Positions 1-9,847 of a stretch of 30,117 bases of DNA are shown here, in pieces. The stretch is taken from assembly GCA_038063075.1 (NCBI GenBank), contig JBBTVW010000051.1:1-30117 (forward strand), read 5' to 3'. Position 1 is the first letter of the stretch. Every line of letters begins with the position of its first letter. The notes beneath the pieces are model-generated. The model was not told the origin of the DNA, did not search any database, and saw only the letters and a program-made list of their open reading frames with translations. A program made the position numbers and the translations under genes. Source of the DNA: Patescibacteria group bacterium. Lineage in GTDB: Bacteria > Patescibacteriota > Microgenomatia > Levybacterales > UBA12049.

Positions 1-221
1 AGCTTACGCTTATGATACTTTACTAAGTCAAACTCGTTTATAAAAATATTTCCTTCAGATGGCAAAGAATCTCTTATCAAAAGCCTTAAAAGGGTTGTTT
101 TTCCAGATCCAGTTGGACCAACTAAGAAAACAAATTCTCCTTTATCAACTATTAAAGATATCTCAGTAAGACCAAGTACACCTGTTCCAAATTTTTTTGA
201 TACTTTATCTAGTTTTATCAT
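1..221 (-). CDS. ftsE: Cell division ATP-binding protein FtsE, N-terminal part (runs off the window start)
   Basis: Manual translation from ATG at 221: MIKLDKVSKKFGTGVLGLTEISLIVDKGEFVFLVGPTGSGKTTLLRLL... Walker A GPTGSGKT is present. The ATG overlaps the upstream stop (TAATG). Location downstream of prfB is typical of ftsE. Confidence 0.8.
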   Translation of the reverse strand, partial: MIKLDKVSKKFGTGVLGLTEISLIVDKGEFVFLVGPTGSGKTTLLRLLIRDSLPSEGNIFINEFDLVKYHKRK

Positions 222-706
222 TACAAAACCTCAATTCTTCCTACATCCATTAACCATCCAACACGTTGAGGTTTTTGTGTTTGTCCCCAAACCTTTATTT
301 TCCTTCCGACAAACATTGATAAATCAACTACTGATGATGTTAAGTATGCATTCTTACTTTCTCCTCCTGGCCTTTCAAGATGAAAAGCTCCTTCGCCCTC
401 AACGCCTCCCTCTCTTAATGTACCCTCAGCTATATCTTTGTATGTCTCCAAATCATCAGAACCAACTATTGTACCCTTAGGTGCAGAAGATAAATTCAAA
501 ATTCCACCTGTTTTTGTGGTCAAACTTTGACCACTTATACCTGAGCCTGAAAGAAAAAAGCCCGTAAGTATTCCTACAACTGTAACTATAACTAATGCTA
601 TTACGATTTTAGGAGCAAACTTTGACTTAGAGCTTGTATTATCGAAGCTTTTTATTAAAGGTTGATTTATATTACTTGGTTGTTGATCTAATTGTTCTTT
701 TTCCAT
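221..706 (-). CDS. Hypothetical membrane-anchored protein (single N-terminal TM helix, beta-rich C-terminal domain)
   Basis: 161-aa ORF with hydrophobic segment IVIALVIVTVVGILTGFFL. SD-like GAGGGGGTGA and a TATAAT box lie upstream. Confidence 0.8.
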   Translation of the reverse strand: MEKEQLDQQPSNINQPLIKSFDNTSSKSKFAPKIVIALVIVTVVGILTGFFLSGSGISGQSLTTKTGGILNLSSAPKGTIVGSDDLETYKDIAEGTLREGGVEGEGAFHLERPGGESKNAYLTSSVVDLSMFVGRKIKVWGQTQKPQRVGWLMDVGRIEVL

Positions 707-766
707 GAAAATAAAGTTTCACCCCCTCATCTAGTAAACCATATTATAGCCATTTTGGCAACCTTT

Positions 767-1771
767 TTAGAAAAGCCTAAGCTCTTCTTGTATAAACTGG
801 TCAATCTCTCCGTCCAAAACTGCCTCTGTATTTGATGTTTCAAAATTAGTTCTTAAATCTTTAACCATTTTATAAGGATGGAGAACATAAGATCTAATTT
901 GATTTCCCCAACCAGGAGTTTTATATCCTCCTTTAAGACTTTCTTGCTGTTTTTTCTTTTCTTCTTCGTTGACTAACCAAAGTTTTGCTCGAAGCATTTT
1001 TAGAGCGTATTCTCTATTTTTGCCTTGATATCTCTCTCCTGAAGCTGTAACAGTTATACCGGTTGGCTTATGCTTTAGTCTTACAGCAGTTGATACCTTA
1101 TTTACATTTTGCCCTCCATGACCACCGCTTCTAAAAAAATCCCACTCTAAATCATCATCTTTTAGATCTACTACGCTTTCTTCTTCTATAATTGGTAGGA
1201 CCTCAACCAATGCAAAAGAAGTTTGCCTTAGCTTATCTGCATTAAAAGGAGATTGCCTAACTAACCTATGTACTCCTGCCTCATGTTTTAAATAACCGAA
1301 AGCATACTCTGCATTTACTGAAATAGTTACACTTTTAATACCAGCCTCTTCTCCTATGCTTTCTTCAACTACTTCAAAACTCCAAGTTTTTTTCTCAAAG
1401 TATCTTTTGTACATTCTATAAAGTATATTTGCCCAATCCATTGCTTCAACTCCACCCTGTCCTGAATGGATTGATAAAATTGCAGGACCTTTGTCAAAAA
1501 CATCTGAAAAATATAAAAGATTTTCAAGTTTTTTAACCAAAACAAGCAGTTCTTTTTCATCTTCTTTTTTTACTAATTCCGAAAGTAAATCATAATCACT
1601 TATTTCTTCCTGAAGCTTTGCCAATTCTTTCATTTTTGAAGTAGCCATCTTTTGATCTTTCCAAAAGTCTGGATTAATAGACTCAGCTTCAATTGAGGAA
1701 ACTGAATACCTTTTCTCATCAATATCCATTTTCTCTAAAATTCTATTTGCTTTATCTTTAATTTCAGTCAT
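767..1771 (-). CDS. prfB: Peptide chain release factor 2
   Basis: SPF recognition motif ([10 protein letters not shown]) and GGQ motif ([10 protein letters not shown]). Start moved from 1807 to ATG 1771 (MTEIK...), 1 nt after the upstream stop; 334 aa. Confidence 0.97.
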   Translation of the reverse strand: MTEIKDKANRILEKMDIDEKRYSVSSIEAESINPDFWKDQKMATSKMKELAKLQEEISDYDLLSELVKKEDEKELLVLVKKLENLLYFSDVFDKGPAILSIHSGQGGVEAMDWANILYRMYKRYFEKKTWSFEVVEESIGEEAGIKSVTISVNAEYAFGYLKHEAGVHRLVRQSPFNADKLRQTSFALVEVLPIIEEESVVDLKDDDLEWDFFRSGGHGGQNVNKVSTAVRLKHKPTGITVTASGERYQGKNREYALKMLRAKLWLVNEEEKKKQQESLKGGYKTPGWGNQIRSYVLHPYKMVKDLRTNFETSNTEAVLDGEIDQFIQEELRLF

Positions 1772-1772
1772 A

Positions 1773-3038
1773 TTAAAATAAAAATGAAAAGACAACAAAA
1801 ATTGCACAAACTGCCATAATAGCTGTAATTATCCAACCCATTATATTAGAAATAGGTGGATTTGTCCTGCCATTCATAATCTGCTTATTATTTGAGATCT
1901 TCATAACAATAATCAAAAGAAGAGGTGCACATAGACCATTTAAAATTGCTGAGTAATATAAAAGCTCAAATGGCTTAATTGGTAAAAATCCAATTAAAAG
2001 ACCAAGTATGGTTGCTACTCCTATAACAAAATAAAATGTTGGAGCTTGAGAAAATTTTTTATTCAAACCAGCTTTAAAACCAAAACTTTCAGATATTGCA
2101 TAAGAAGCACTTCCTGCAAGAATAGGAACCGCTAATAAACCTGTGCCAATAATACCAGCTGCAAATAATAAAAATGCAAAATCTCCTGCAATTGGCCTAA
2201 GTGCTAAAGCTGCTTGATCTGCTGTTTCAATATTTGTTATTCCGTTTAAATTAAGAGTAGCAGCAGTAGTAATAATAATAAAAAACATTATTAAGTTAGA
2301 GAAAAACATTCCAATAATCGTATCTATTCTTAATTCCCTAATATCTTTACCTGTAATATGGGGCTTACCCCTACCTAAGCTAGCAATTTTATGAGTCATT
2401 ATCTCCTCTTCTACTTCTTCATCTGCTTGCCAGAAAAAAAGATAAGGTGAAATAGTAGTACCAAGGATTGCAACAATATTTAATAAATACTCTTTAGAAA
2501 ATTGAATCGTTGGAAGAATTGTTGACTTAATTATCTTTAACCAATCAAGCTTTATTATAAAAACAGCAAAAATATAAGTAAAAAGTGAAAATGTTAAATA
2601 TTTTAAAAGCTTAGAATATGTTGAATAGGAAACAAATATTTCTAAGCTAAGCGTGGTTACTGTTAATACAATTAACCAAAAAACAAAAGGAAGTTTAACA
2701 AGAAGCTGAGCTGATGCAGCCATTGCTGTAAGATCGGCAGCAATATTAATTGTGTTTGCGAAAAATAAAACAAAAACTGCAGAATATAAAATCAATTTTG
2801 AATAATGTTTTCTTATTATTCCAGAAAGACCCATTCCCGTTGCAAGCCCAATTCTTCCACAAATCTCTTGAACTATTGTCATAAATGGAAATGAAAAAAG
2901 GGCTGTCCAAACTTGCGAATAACCAAACATTGCTCCTGTTTGAGAATATGCAGCTATACCTGAAGGGTCATCATCAGCAGCGCCAGTTATAAATCCAGGA
3001 CCTAAGGATTTTAATATTTTTTTTAGTTTTTCTTTCAT
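1773..3038 (-). CDS. NRAMP-family divalent metal cation transporter (DPSG variant)
   Basis: N-terminal [22 protein letters not shown] motif and many TM helices; 421 aa. Confidence 0.85.
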   Translation of the reverse strand: MKEKLKKILKSLGPGFITGAADDDPSGIAAYSQTGAMFGYSQVWTALFSFPFMTIVQEICGRIGLATGMGLSGIIRKHYSKLILYSAVFVLFFANTINIAADLTAMAASAQLLVKLPFVFWLIVLTVTTLSLEIFVSYSTYSKLLKYLTFSLFTYIFAVFIIKLDWLKIIKSTILPTIQFSKEYLLNIVAILGTTISPYLFFWQADEEVEEEIMTHKIASLGRGKPHITGKDIRELRIDTIIGMFFSNLIMFFIIITTAATLNLNGITNIETADQAALALRPIAGDFAFLLFAAGIIGTGLLAVPILAGSASYAISESFGFKAGLNKKFSQAPTFYFVIGVATILGLLIGFLPIKPFELLYYSAILNGLCAPLLLIIVMKISNNKQIMNGRTNPPISNIMGWIITAIMAVCAIFVVFSFLF

Positions 3039-3422
3039 CTATAAACCGCTGCAAATCTTCTCACAAGTATTTTTTAACTGACTTTTTGGTAAATCCTGAA
3101 GAGTTTTTAAATCATTTATGATTTTTTGCACCTGTGGGGATGAAGTTGCAATCTCAGCAATATCAAGACTCTCTGCTTGAGTTTTTAAATTATTAAAACT
3201 ATCTTCAACGCCTTCTCTTATATTATTTGATATCTCAGATGTATTTATGCTTTTAACTTCCCCTTGAGGATTTTTAGTTGTACTTAAGTTTTTTTCATCT
3301 GTATTTAAATAGGATTTAAATGAAAGACCAATTGCTATAATTAGAATAGCAATAACACTAGTTACAAAAATTTTCTTTTTATCCCAAATAATATCTTCTG
3401 ATTCTTTTTTTATCCTTGCCAT
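3039..3422 (-). CDS. Hypothetical membrane-anchored protein
   Basis: Likely start ATG 3422 (MARIKK...), with TACAAT 7 nt upstream. One TM helix; 127 aa. Its stop abuts the next ATG. Confidence 0.75.
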   Translation of the reverse strand: MARIKKESEDIIWDKKKIFVTSVIAILIIAIGLSFKSYLNTDEKNLSTTKNPQGEVKSINTSEISNNIREGVEDSFNNLKTQAESLDIAEIATSSPQVQKIINDLKTLQDLPKSQLKNTCEKICSGL

Positions 3423-3484
3423 TGACCTAATTGTAGGTAATTTAAGGCTACTTTGCAAACAAAACAATAGTATATAATACTTAT

Positions 3485-4258
3485 ATGGATTATCTTTCAG
3501 CTATCATACTATCTATCGTTGAAGGAATAACAGAATTTTTGCCAATATCCTCAACTGGACACTTAATTGTTGCTTCAGAAGTTTTAAGAATACAGCAAAC
3601 AGACTTTGTAAAAAACTTTGAAATTGTAATTCAATTAGGAGCAATTCTTTCAATTGTAGTTTTATATTTTAAAAGCTTTATCCAAAATAAAGAAGTTTGG
3701 AAAAGAGTATTAGCTGCTTTTATTCCTACTGCAATTGTAGGGTTTGCACTTTTTAAATTCATAAAATCATTTCTTTTAGGAAATCTCTACATTACACTCT
3801 TTGCATTACTTATTGGAGGAATATTACTTATTATCTTAGAACTAATATATAAAGAAAAAGAGCATCATGTTGACTCAGTTGAAAAAATTACTCTTAAAAA
3901 CGCTTTTATTATTGGTATTTTTCAATCACTTGCAATAATTCCTGGAGTATCAAGATCTGCATCAACTATTGTATCTGCGCTTTTTTTGGGAACCAAAAGA
4001 AAGGCTGCAGCTGAGTTCTCTTTTTTACTTGCTGTTCCAACCATGCTAGCGGCAACTTCACTTGATATGCTCAAAAGTAACTTCTCCTTTAATCTTTATG
4101 AGTGGTCTATTCTTGCAGCAGGATTTATTGGATCTTTTATTGTTGCAATTATCGTTGTAAAACTATTTTTAAAGTACTTACAAAATCATAGCTTTATTTC
4201 TTTTGGGATCTATAGAATTGTAGCTGCAATTATTTTTTGGTATATTCTTATCAAATGA
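3485..4258 (+). CDS. uppP: Undecaprenyl-diphosphate phosphatase
   Basis: Signature motifs VEGITEFLPISSTGH and PGVSRS; polytopic membrane protein of 257 aa. Confidence 0.96.
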   Translation: MDYLSAIILSIVEGITEFLPISSTGHLIVASEVLRIQQTDFVKNFEIVIQLGAILSIVVLYFKSFIQNKEVWKRVLAAFIPTAIVGFALFKFIKSFLLGNLYITLFALLIGGILLIILELIYKEKEHHVDSVEKITLKNAFIIGIFQSLAIIPGVSRSASTIVSALFLGTKRKAAAEFSFLLAVPTMLAATSLDMLKSNFSFNLYEWSILAAGFIGSFIVAIIVVKLFLKYLQNHSFISFGIYRIVAAIIFWYILIK

Positions 4259-4557
4259 ACACATTTGATAAAGTTTATGATCTTGTTGCTTCAATCCCCA
4301 AGGGAAAAGTTACAACATACAAAGCTCTCTCAATACTTTTGCTTACAACTCCAAGGGTTGTAGGATTTGCGCTACATGCTAATAAAAATCCTAAAACTGT
4401 TTTTTGTCATAGAGTAATAAATTCAAAAGGAGAAATATCAGCTGGCTTTGCTTTTGGAGGTCCAAAATCTCAAAGAAAATTATTAGAGAAAGAAGGAGTA
4501 GAATTTGATAAAAATGGAAAAGTAGATCTTAATAGATTTGGATATTTTTTATCCTAA
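4255..4557 (+). CDS. MGMT/Atl-family alkylated-DNA binding or repair protein (C-terminal domain only)
   Basis: IPKGKVTTY, PRVVG and CHRV motifs. Start at ATG 4255 overlaps the uppP stop (ATGA); 100 aa. Confidence 0.88.
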   Translation: MNTFDKVYDLVASIPKGKVTTYKALSILLLTTPRVVGFALHANKNPKTVFCHRVINSKGEISAGFAFGGPKSQRKLLEKEGVEFDKNGKVDLNRFGYFLS

Positions 4558-4880
4558 GCTTTTGCCCCTTTTACATCTTCTAATAAATCACTTGTAACCT
4601 GATCAATTTCTTTTTTCAACTTTTCTTCTATGTCACTAATTTTTTCCTTAAGATGAGATAGGGTTTTACTATGATCTTCTTTTGATAAATTACTTAAGAA
4701 TTTTTACTTTTCTTCTGGCTCTAGCTGGTCTAACACGCTTGAAACAACGGTTGTATGTATGTTTGCCTCCACTAAAGATAAAAGGTGTACTCTTTCTTTG
4801 CTTGTTACATCAAGCTCAGCAATCTCTAAAGTAATATGAGTTGTTTCAACTAAGTGTGAATAAAAATGTTTTGTTTTCAT
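4554..4880 (-). pseudogene. 108-codon helical hypothetical gene interrupted by an in-frame TAA at codon 59 (nonsense mutation or sequencing error)
   Basis: MKTKHFYSHLVETTHITLEIAELDVTSKERVHLLSLVEANIHTTVVSSVLDQLEPEEK*KFLSNLSKEDHSKTLSHLKEKISDIEEKLKKEIDQVTSDLLEDVKGAKA*. The TAA is at 4704-4706. TATAAT lies 6 nt before the ATG, and the frame exactly fills an otherwise empty gap. Confidence 0.75.
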
Positions 4881-4887
4881 ATTTATA

Positions 4888-5760
4888 TTATAAACTAACT
4901 GGACCTAATGGTACTTTATTTTCAGGATCATCTATGAATAAATAAATAACAGGACCTTTTTGCCTACCGTCAACTCTTTCTAAATACCTCATTACTTCTG
5001 GCGATCCACCTAATTGCTTATTCGTCCATGCAGCCGGACCTGAATCTGCAATATCAGCTACAACTGCTTTTCCATTTTGTGGATTTACCACAAGCATTTT
5101 TCTGTATTTATAAAACTCCATGTATTCTTTAACATTTTCACTAAAACCAGGAGACAAAAATGTCTGCACAGCTATATAATATTTTTCTCTTTGACTATCT
5201 TCTGCTGTCATTTCTGATCTGGAATTTGCAAAGTATCTAAAAGCTCCAAGCCCCGGAGCCATACCATGTTTTCCAAAATCATATGCTTCTTCTGGATTAT
5301 CAAAATGAGATAGCATATTATCTCCCGGAAATCTTGCTAAATGCTGCTCTTGACCAATATAGCCATACTGGGAATTTAGTCTTTTACCAGATAATTCTCC
5401 TACTGTTTTAATACCAAAAGTACGCGACAAAACTTCAGAAACACTTGCTTCTTCATCCCTGGTTAAGGGTCTAACGTCTGGTGGTAAAACATTTTTCAAG
5501 TCATAAATTAAAAATACTCTCTTATCTACAGGTTCTTCTTGTACAGTGCTAGTTGAAAAAAAAGCTGGGATCTGGGGAACAATTGGGTTTGTAAGCATAA
5601 ATATTCCAGCAATTGAACCAACAGCTAATTGCTTTGAGTTGTTCTCAAGCCATTCAAAAGCATCTTTATGTTTTTCAAAAATTTCCCTTTGTAATCCTTC
5701 ATGTTTTTTTGTCCACTTGTCTAGAAGCTTTTGATAATGAATGCTTTTATCTTTGGGCAT
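4888..5760 (-). CDS. Hypothetical protein with a probable C-terminal RlpA-like double-psi beta-barrel (DPBB)
   Basis: 290-aa ORF. LVVNPQNGKAVVADIADSGP resembles the RlpA pattern VTNxxNGRSVVVRINDRGP. Confidence 0.7.
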   Translation of the reverse strand: MPKDKSIHYQKLLDKWTKKHEGLQREIFEKHKDAFEWLENNSKQLAVGSIAGIFMLTNPIVPQIPAFFSTSTVQEEPVDKRVFLIYDLKNVLPPDVRPLTRDEEASVSEVLSRTFGIKTVGELSGKRLNSQYGYIGQEQHLARFPGDNMLSHFDNPEEAYDFGKHGMAPGLGAFRYFANSRSEMTAEDSQREKYYIAVQTFLSPGFSENVKEYMEFYKYRKMLVVNPQNGKAVVADIADSGPAAWTNKQLGGSPEVMRYLERVDGRQKGPVIYLFIDDPENKVPLGPVSL

Positions 5761-5783
5761 ATATTTATCATAGCAAATTTATA

Positions 5784-7520
5784 CTATTTGTTAAAACTAT
5801 AGATATAAGTTTGCCCAATTTTTTCTTTAAAGAAAATAATTGAACTTTTATTTAAACTTGAGATGACAAAATTACCGTCTCCTAATCTGTAATATTTATT
5901 TTTATACAGATTGTTATACTCATCGATATTTACTATTACATAATCAACTCCAATATTTTTCAATTTTTCTAAGGATTTTGTATTTGGAAAATCGTTAAAG
6001 AAAAATAAAACATTTTCTTGCCACTCTAATGGAGAAAAACCACTGTAGCCATTAATTACTTTTCTAAAATTTTTTGTATAAAAATATTGTCTTTCAAGTT
6101 CTATATAAGAATTAGGAGAGTTCCAATTATAAATTGGCATTAAAACAAAAACTGAATCTTTTGACGTGGTATTCATCCATTGATAAACTTTTGGGAAATT
6201 ATTAATTGATAAAACTTTATAAAACTTCATTGGAAAATTATATTCTGCTACAATTCCAAAAATTAAAATTATATATATAATCCACGCCTTTTTAAAATTC
6301 TTTAATATTAAAGACAGAGTTAATGAAATTAAAATTGCCATACAAAACATAAAAAGAATTTCCCATCTTGCTGAATTCCTAAATCCATTAAATCCAGGAA
6401 TAATATAATAAAACAATGCATAAGGCAAAATAATTGGAAATGGAGAGTGAATAGTCTGTCTTGCAAAATGGAGCGCAGGACCAAAGCTTAAAATTAAACC
6501 AAGTATTCCCGTTATAAAAAAACTTCTATCAACAATATTAAGTATCCTAAATTTTTTAATAGAATAAAATATAACAAAGACACCAAGTACACTAAACATT
6601 AACCCCATATATCCTGATTTAATCTCATCAGTTCGCAAGTATTTTTGCCAATTAGATATTTCTAAAAGTATCGGCTCTAAAACAGTGTGCTCATTTGGAT
6701 AAATTAAATCTTCAGGCTGAAGAGCAAAGTGAATAGAGTCCCTAATGTCTCTTTTTGCATAATATTTATTATCAACATCGATATAGGGTTTAATTATTGG
6801 AATAATTAAAATTATGAAAAATACTAAAATTAATAAATTATTTTTTGAAACAATGTTTTTAAATAATTTTTTATCCTTAAAAAAAGAGAATATAAGATAA
6901 ATTGCGTAAAAAAATGAAATGAAATACCCTGGCAAAAAACTATTATAAAATTGAAATAAGAAAAAAAGTAAAGACAAAAAAAGATAGCGACTTTTAAGAT
7001 TATTTACAAAAATTATAAAAAATAAAATTGCTAGCGGAACCCATTGAATTGATAAAATTTGAATATGAGTTTTTTTATCTAAAAATAAAGGGGAGAAAAT
7101 TATAAGTAGTCCTGATACCAAAGATGCCCAAAAATTCTTTGTTAAGTAAAAAGAAAGAATAAAAGTAAAAAAGCCTACCATAAATATAGATGAAATAAGT
7201 GTAAAGTTAACAATAGAAACAGGCTCCTGTATTAACAAAAGAGGTATTATTCCTAAAACGCTTGATGTAATAAAAATATCTGAGTAAGCAATTGGATTTA
7301 TGAATGGATAATAAATAGTACCATCAAATAAACTTAGCGGATTTGTAAAAATAATATTTACTATCCAATTCATTACATAAACATGTAGATATTGATCACC
7401 ATATCCAGTTATTAAACTTCCTAAGTTAAAAATTAAAGGAAATGTAATATAGATAGCACTTATTAAGAATATAACAAAAGAGATTATTAAAGGTTTAAAG
7501 TTGTTTTTAACAAATTTCAT
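5784..7520 (-). CDS. Polytopic membrane protein, probable GT-C fold glycosyltransferase (YfhO-like)
   Basis: 578 aa with many TM helices, an acidic residue in the first loop (GYGDQY) and a soluble C-terminal domain. Confidence 0.65.
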   Translation of the reverse strand: MKFVKNNFKPLIISFVIFLISAIYITFPLIFNLGSLITGYGDQYLHVYVMNWIVNIIFTNPLSLFDGTIYYPFINPIAYSDIFITSSVLGIIPLLLIQEPVSIVNFTLISSIFMVGFFTFILSFYLTKNFWASLVSGLLIIFSPLFLDKKTHIQILSIQWVPLAILFFIIFVNNLKSRYLFLSLLFFLFQFYNSFLPGYFISFFYAIYLIFSFFKDKKLFKNIVSKNNLLILVFFIILIIPIIKPYIDVDNKYYAKRDIRDSIHFALQPEDLIYPNEHTVLEPILLEISNWQKYLRTDEIKSGYMGLMFSVLGVFVIFYSIKKFRILNIVDRSFFITGILGLILSFGPALHFARQTIHSPFPIILPYALFYYIIPGFNGFRNSARWEILFMFCMAILISLTLSLILKNFKKAWIIYIILIFGIVAEYNFPMKFYKVLSINNFPKVYQWMNTTSKDSVFVLMPIYNWNSPNSYIELERQYFYTKNFRKVINGYSGFSPLEWQENVLFFFNDFPNTKSLEKLKNIGVDYVIVNIDEYNNLYKNKYYRLGDGNFVISSLNKSSIIFFKEKIGQTYIYSFNK

Positions 7521-7522
7521 AT

Positions 7523-8995
7523 TTAATGCTTTATTTTAAAAATAACCATAGAACTAAAAGTTGCGACTTTTTCTTGATTATTTATAAAATCAGATAATTT
7601 TGTTTTGAAATTATATGGACCATAGGCAACTACGTATTTTGTTTTCTTTTGTTTTATCTCTTCAATTATTCTCTCATCATCATAAAAACGCCACGCTCTT
7701 ACATAATATATCGAGTCCTTAGATGGATTCTTTCTATCAAAAATGAAATAAAAAAGTGGATTAAATGGATAAAATAAAACATAATCTTTATTTGAAGTAT
7801 TTTCATTAAGGAATTTTTCTATCGAATTTATTGTTTCTAATCGATAATTTTCAACTAAAATACCTTTTGCTCTTTGCAGATTTACCACAGACTTATCTTT
7901 AAGGTAATAATTTTCATATATGCTTTGAAAAAAAGTAAGATAAAAACCAATTGAAATACAAAGCAAAACAAATATAGTTATATACTTAAACTTTTTATCT
8001 TTATAAAAAAGTAATATTAAAGAAACTAAAACTAAGCCAAAGAATGGATAAACATGCAAAAGATCACTTTGTGGATAAATTGCAACAAAGAAACCTAAGA
8101 CTGCACTTAAAGAAAATAAAATTATTTTAAAATCTAATTTTCTTTTAAAAATCAAAATTAGTGTAAATATTAAAACAAAGATTGGTAAATAATAGGGAAT
8201 AAGTTTAATAAATCCAAATGGCTTAAAAAGATTTGTTAAAGGTGGATAGGAAAATGCGTATGCAGCAATAAAGTTTCTGCTAAAATTTATATATTCTATA
8301 AGCCCAACAAGATTATCTTTTAAAAAAAAATAATATATCCAGACACTAGTTACCAAACTTACAGTTAAGTTAAATGTTAATAATGATTTAAAGATTCTTT
8401 TTATGCTTTTTCTTTGGAAAACTATAAAAAGTAAGTTATAAAACAATAAATAATAAAGAGCAAAGTTTTGTTTTAGTAAAAATAATAATGCAATCAGTAT
8501 CCCTAAAGAAAATAAAAATCTATTATCTTTATTTTTTAAATATAAAACAAAGGAAATTATTAATAGTATTGAAATAAAAACTGTAGGCCACATAAGATTT
8601 GGGATATTTAACAATGGGTATCCAAAAGAAATTATTGAAAGAAAGACAAGTATAATTATTTTTTTTGATTTTATCTTAAGAAGATTAAGTAAATAAAATA
8701 TACTTACAATAATTGACAAGCAAAATATTAAGCTTAAAAACCTACCAAAATAAATTGTTAAACCGAATAATTTATAACCAAAAGATAATAAATAAAAATA
8801 AAGGGGACCATATTGCAGTGAAAAATCTTTATATGGAATATCTCCTAAAAATATTCTTTGGGCAGCATGAACAAAGTATCCTTCATCAAAATTGACTAAA
8901 TTCTTGTTAAGAAAAAATAAGTAATAAGAAAAGGCTATTATTAAAAGTACAATTTGCAAGAAATATTTGTTAATAAATTTACGTAACTTAATCAT
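7523..8995 (-). CDS. GT-C fold glycosyltransferase (ArnT/PMT-like)
   Basis: First-loop FDEGY motif followed by GDIPYKDF..QYGP, then many TM helices; 490 aa. Confidence 0.75.
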   Translation of the reverse strand: MIKLRKFINKYFLQIVLLIIAFSYYLFFLNKNLVNFDEGYFVHAAQRIFLGDIPYKDFSLQYGPLYFYLLSFGYKLFGLTIYFGRFLSLIFCLSIIVSIFYLLNLLKIKSKKIIILVFLSIISFGYPLLNIPNLMWPTVFISILLIISFVLYLKNKDNRFLFSLGILIALLFLLKQNFALYYLLFYNLLFIVFQRKSIKRIFKSLLTFNLTVSLVTSVWIYYFFLKDNLVGLIEYINFSRNFIAAYAFSYPPLTNLFKPFGFIKLIPYYLPIFVLIFTLILIFKRKLDFKIILFSLSAVLGFFVAIYPQSDLLHVYPFFGLVLVSLILLFYKDKKFKYITIFVLLCISIGFYLTFFQSIYENYYLKDKSVVNLQRAKGILVENYRLETINSIEKFLNENTSNKDYVLFYPFNPLFYFIFDRKNPSKDSIYYVRAWRFYDDERIIEEIKQKKTKYVVAYGPYNFKTKLSDFINNQEKVATFSSMVIFKIKH

Positions 8996-9104
8996 TTATA
9001 TTCTCTAAAATATACTTTTTTATAGCTATAATTACAAGCTTTGAATACTTGGGGATGCTTCACTCAAAAAATCGCCCAATCAACTACTACACCTTATAGC
9101 TTTT

Positions 9105-9827
9105 TTAATTCTTATTTTTTATTCCTAATCCAGAAGCTATCATTATAAACAAATAAATACAAGGAATTACTGTTGCAGCAAAAATTAGTTCTGTTATTGG
9201 AATAACACTACCTATAAGCTTAAGACCAAATATATTGTGGTCCAATAACCAAACTTGATACAAATATTCTTCTCCTATTAATAAAATGTAAAGATAATAA
9301 AAAATAAATGCACCGATAAACGCAGTTACAGCGGTATATAAATATGCTTTAAGTAAATCCTTTCTGATAATTAATAAGACTATCGATATTAGAATAGAGG
9401 TAGCTACGATTGAAAACATCGAATTTATGTTTCCTAATAAAGTTAATCCGAAAAACATAGCAATAAGAATGATAGACAATATTAAAAATCTGATAATATA
9501 AGAAAAATAATTCTTTAATGGCTTATTGAAAGTTTTATTAGAAATAATAATATATGAGAATGCCCCAATTACAGGAGCAGCAAAGGCAAAAATAAGATCC
9601 TCAATAGTAATCCTTACCCCTAAAAATTTAATTTCAAATAATGTTGGAAAGAACCAATAATCTCTAAAAAATAGTATCTCTGATATTGGCCCAGAAGGAA
9701 TGAGCAATAAGCCTGTAATTAATGATATTTTCCTTAAGTCTTTTCTTAATAGGAAAACAATTAAAAACAGAAGGAGAATTATTAGGCTTCCAACAAGATA
9801 TACCAACCGAAAATCTAGCTCAAACAT
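9105..9827 (-). CDS. Lycopene-cyclase-domain-like membrane protein (two repeated hydrophobic halves)
   Basis: 240 aa, very hydrophobic. Repeated motifs DYW...ITIEDLIF and QVW...IPITELIF. Confidence 0.55.
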   Translation of the reverse strand: MFELDFRLVYLVGSLIILLLFLIVFLLRKDLRKISLITGLLLIPSGPISEILFFRDYWFFPTLFEIKFLGVRITIEDLIFAFAAPVIGAFSYIIISNKTFNKPLKNYFSYIIRFLILSIILIAMFFGLTLLGNINSMFSIVATSILISIVLLIIRKDLLKAYLYTAVTAFIGAFIFYYLYILLIGEEYLYQVWLLDHNIFGLKLIGSVIPITELIFAATVIPCIYLFIMIASGLGIKNKN

Positions 9828-9847
9828 GAAAAAATTATAGCAGAAAA

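Noticed and set aside
4704-4706. Genome-wide stop-codon reassignment as the explanation for the internal TAA
   Set aside because: TAA, TAG and TGA all end conserved genes at the expected positions (prfB TAA, greA TAG, uppP TGA), and Trp is encoded by TGG.
9011-9030. Possible duplicated 3' end of the 87-aa gene (TATAAAAAA) flanking the cyclase-like gene
   Set aside because: The match is short, almost all A/T, and lacks the stop codon, unlike the secA case.
9055-9099. Plus-strand 14-codon ORF MLHSKNRPINYYTL in the 8996-9104 gap
   Set aside because: No properly spaced SD or leaderless geometry and no terminator; consistent with chance.
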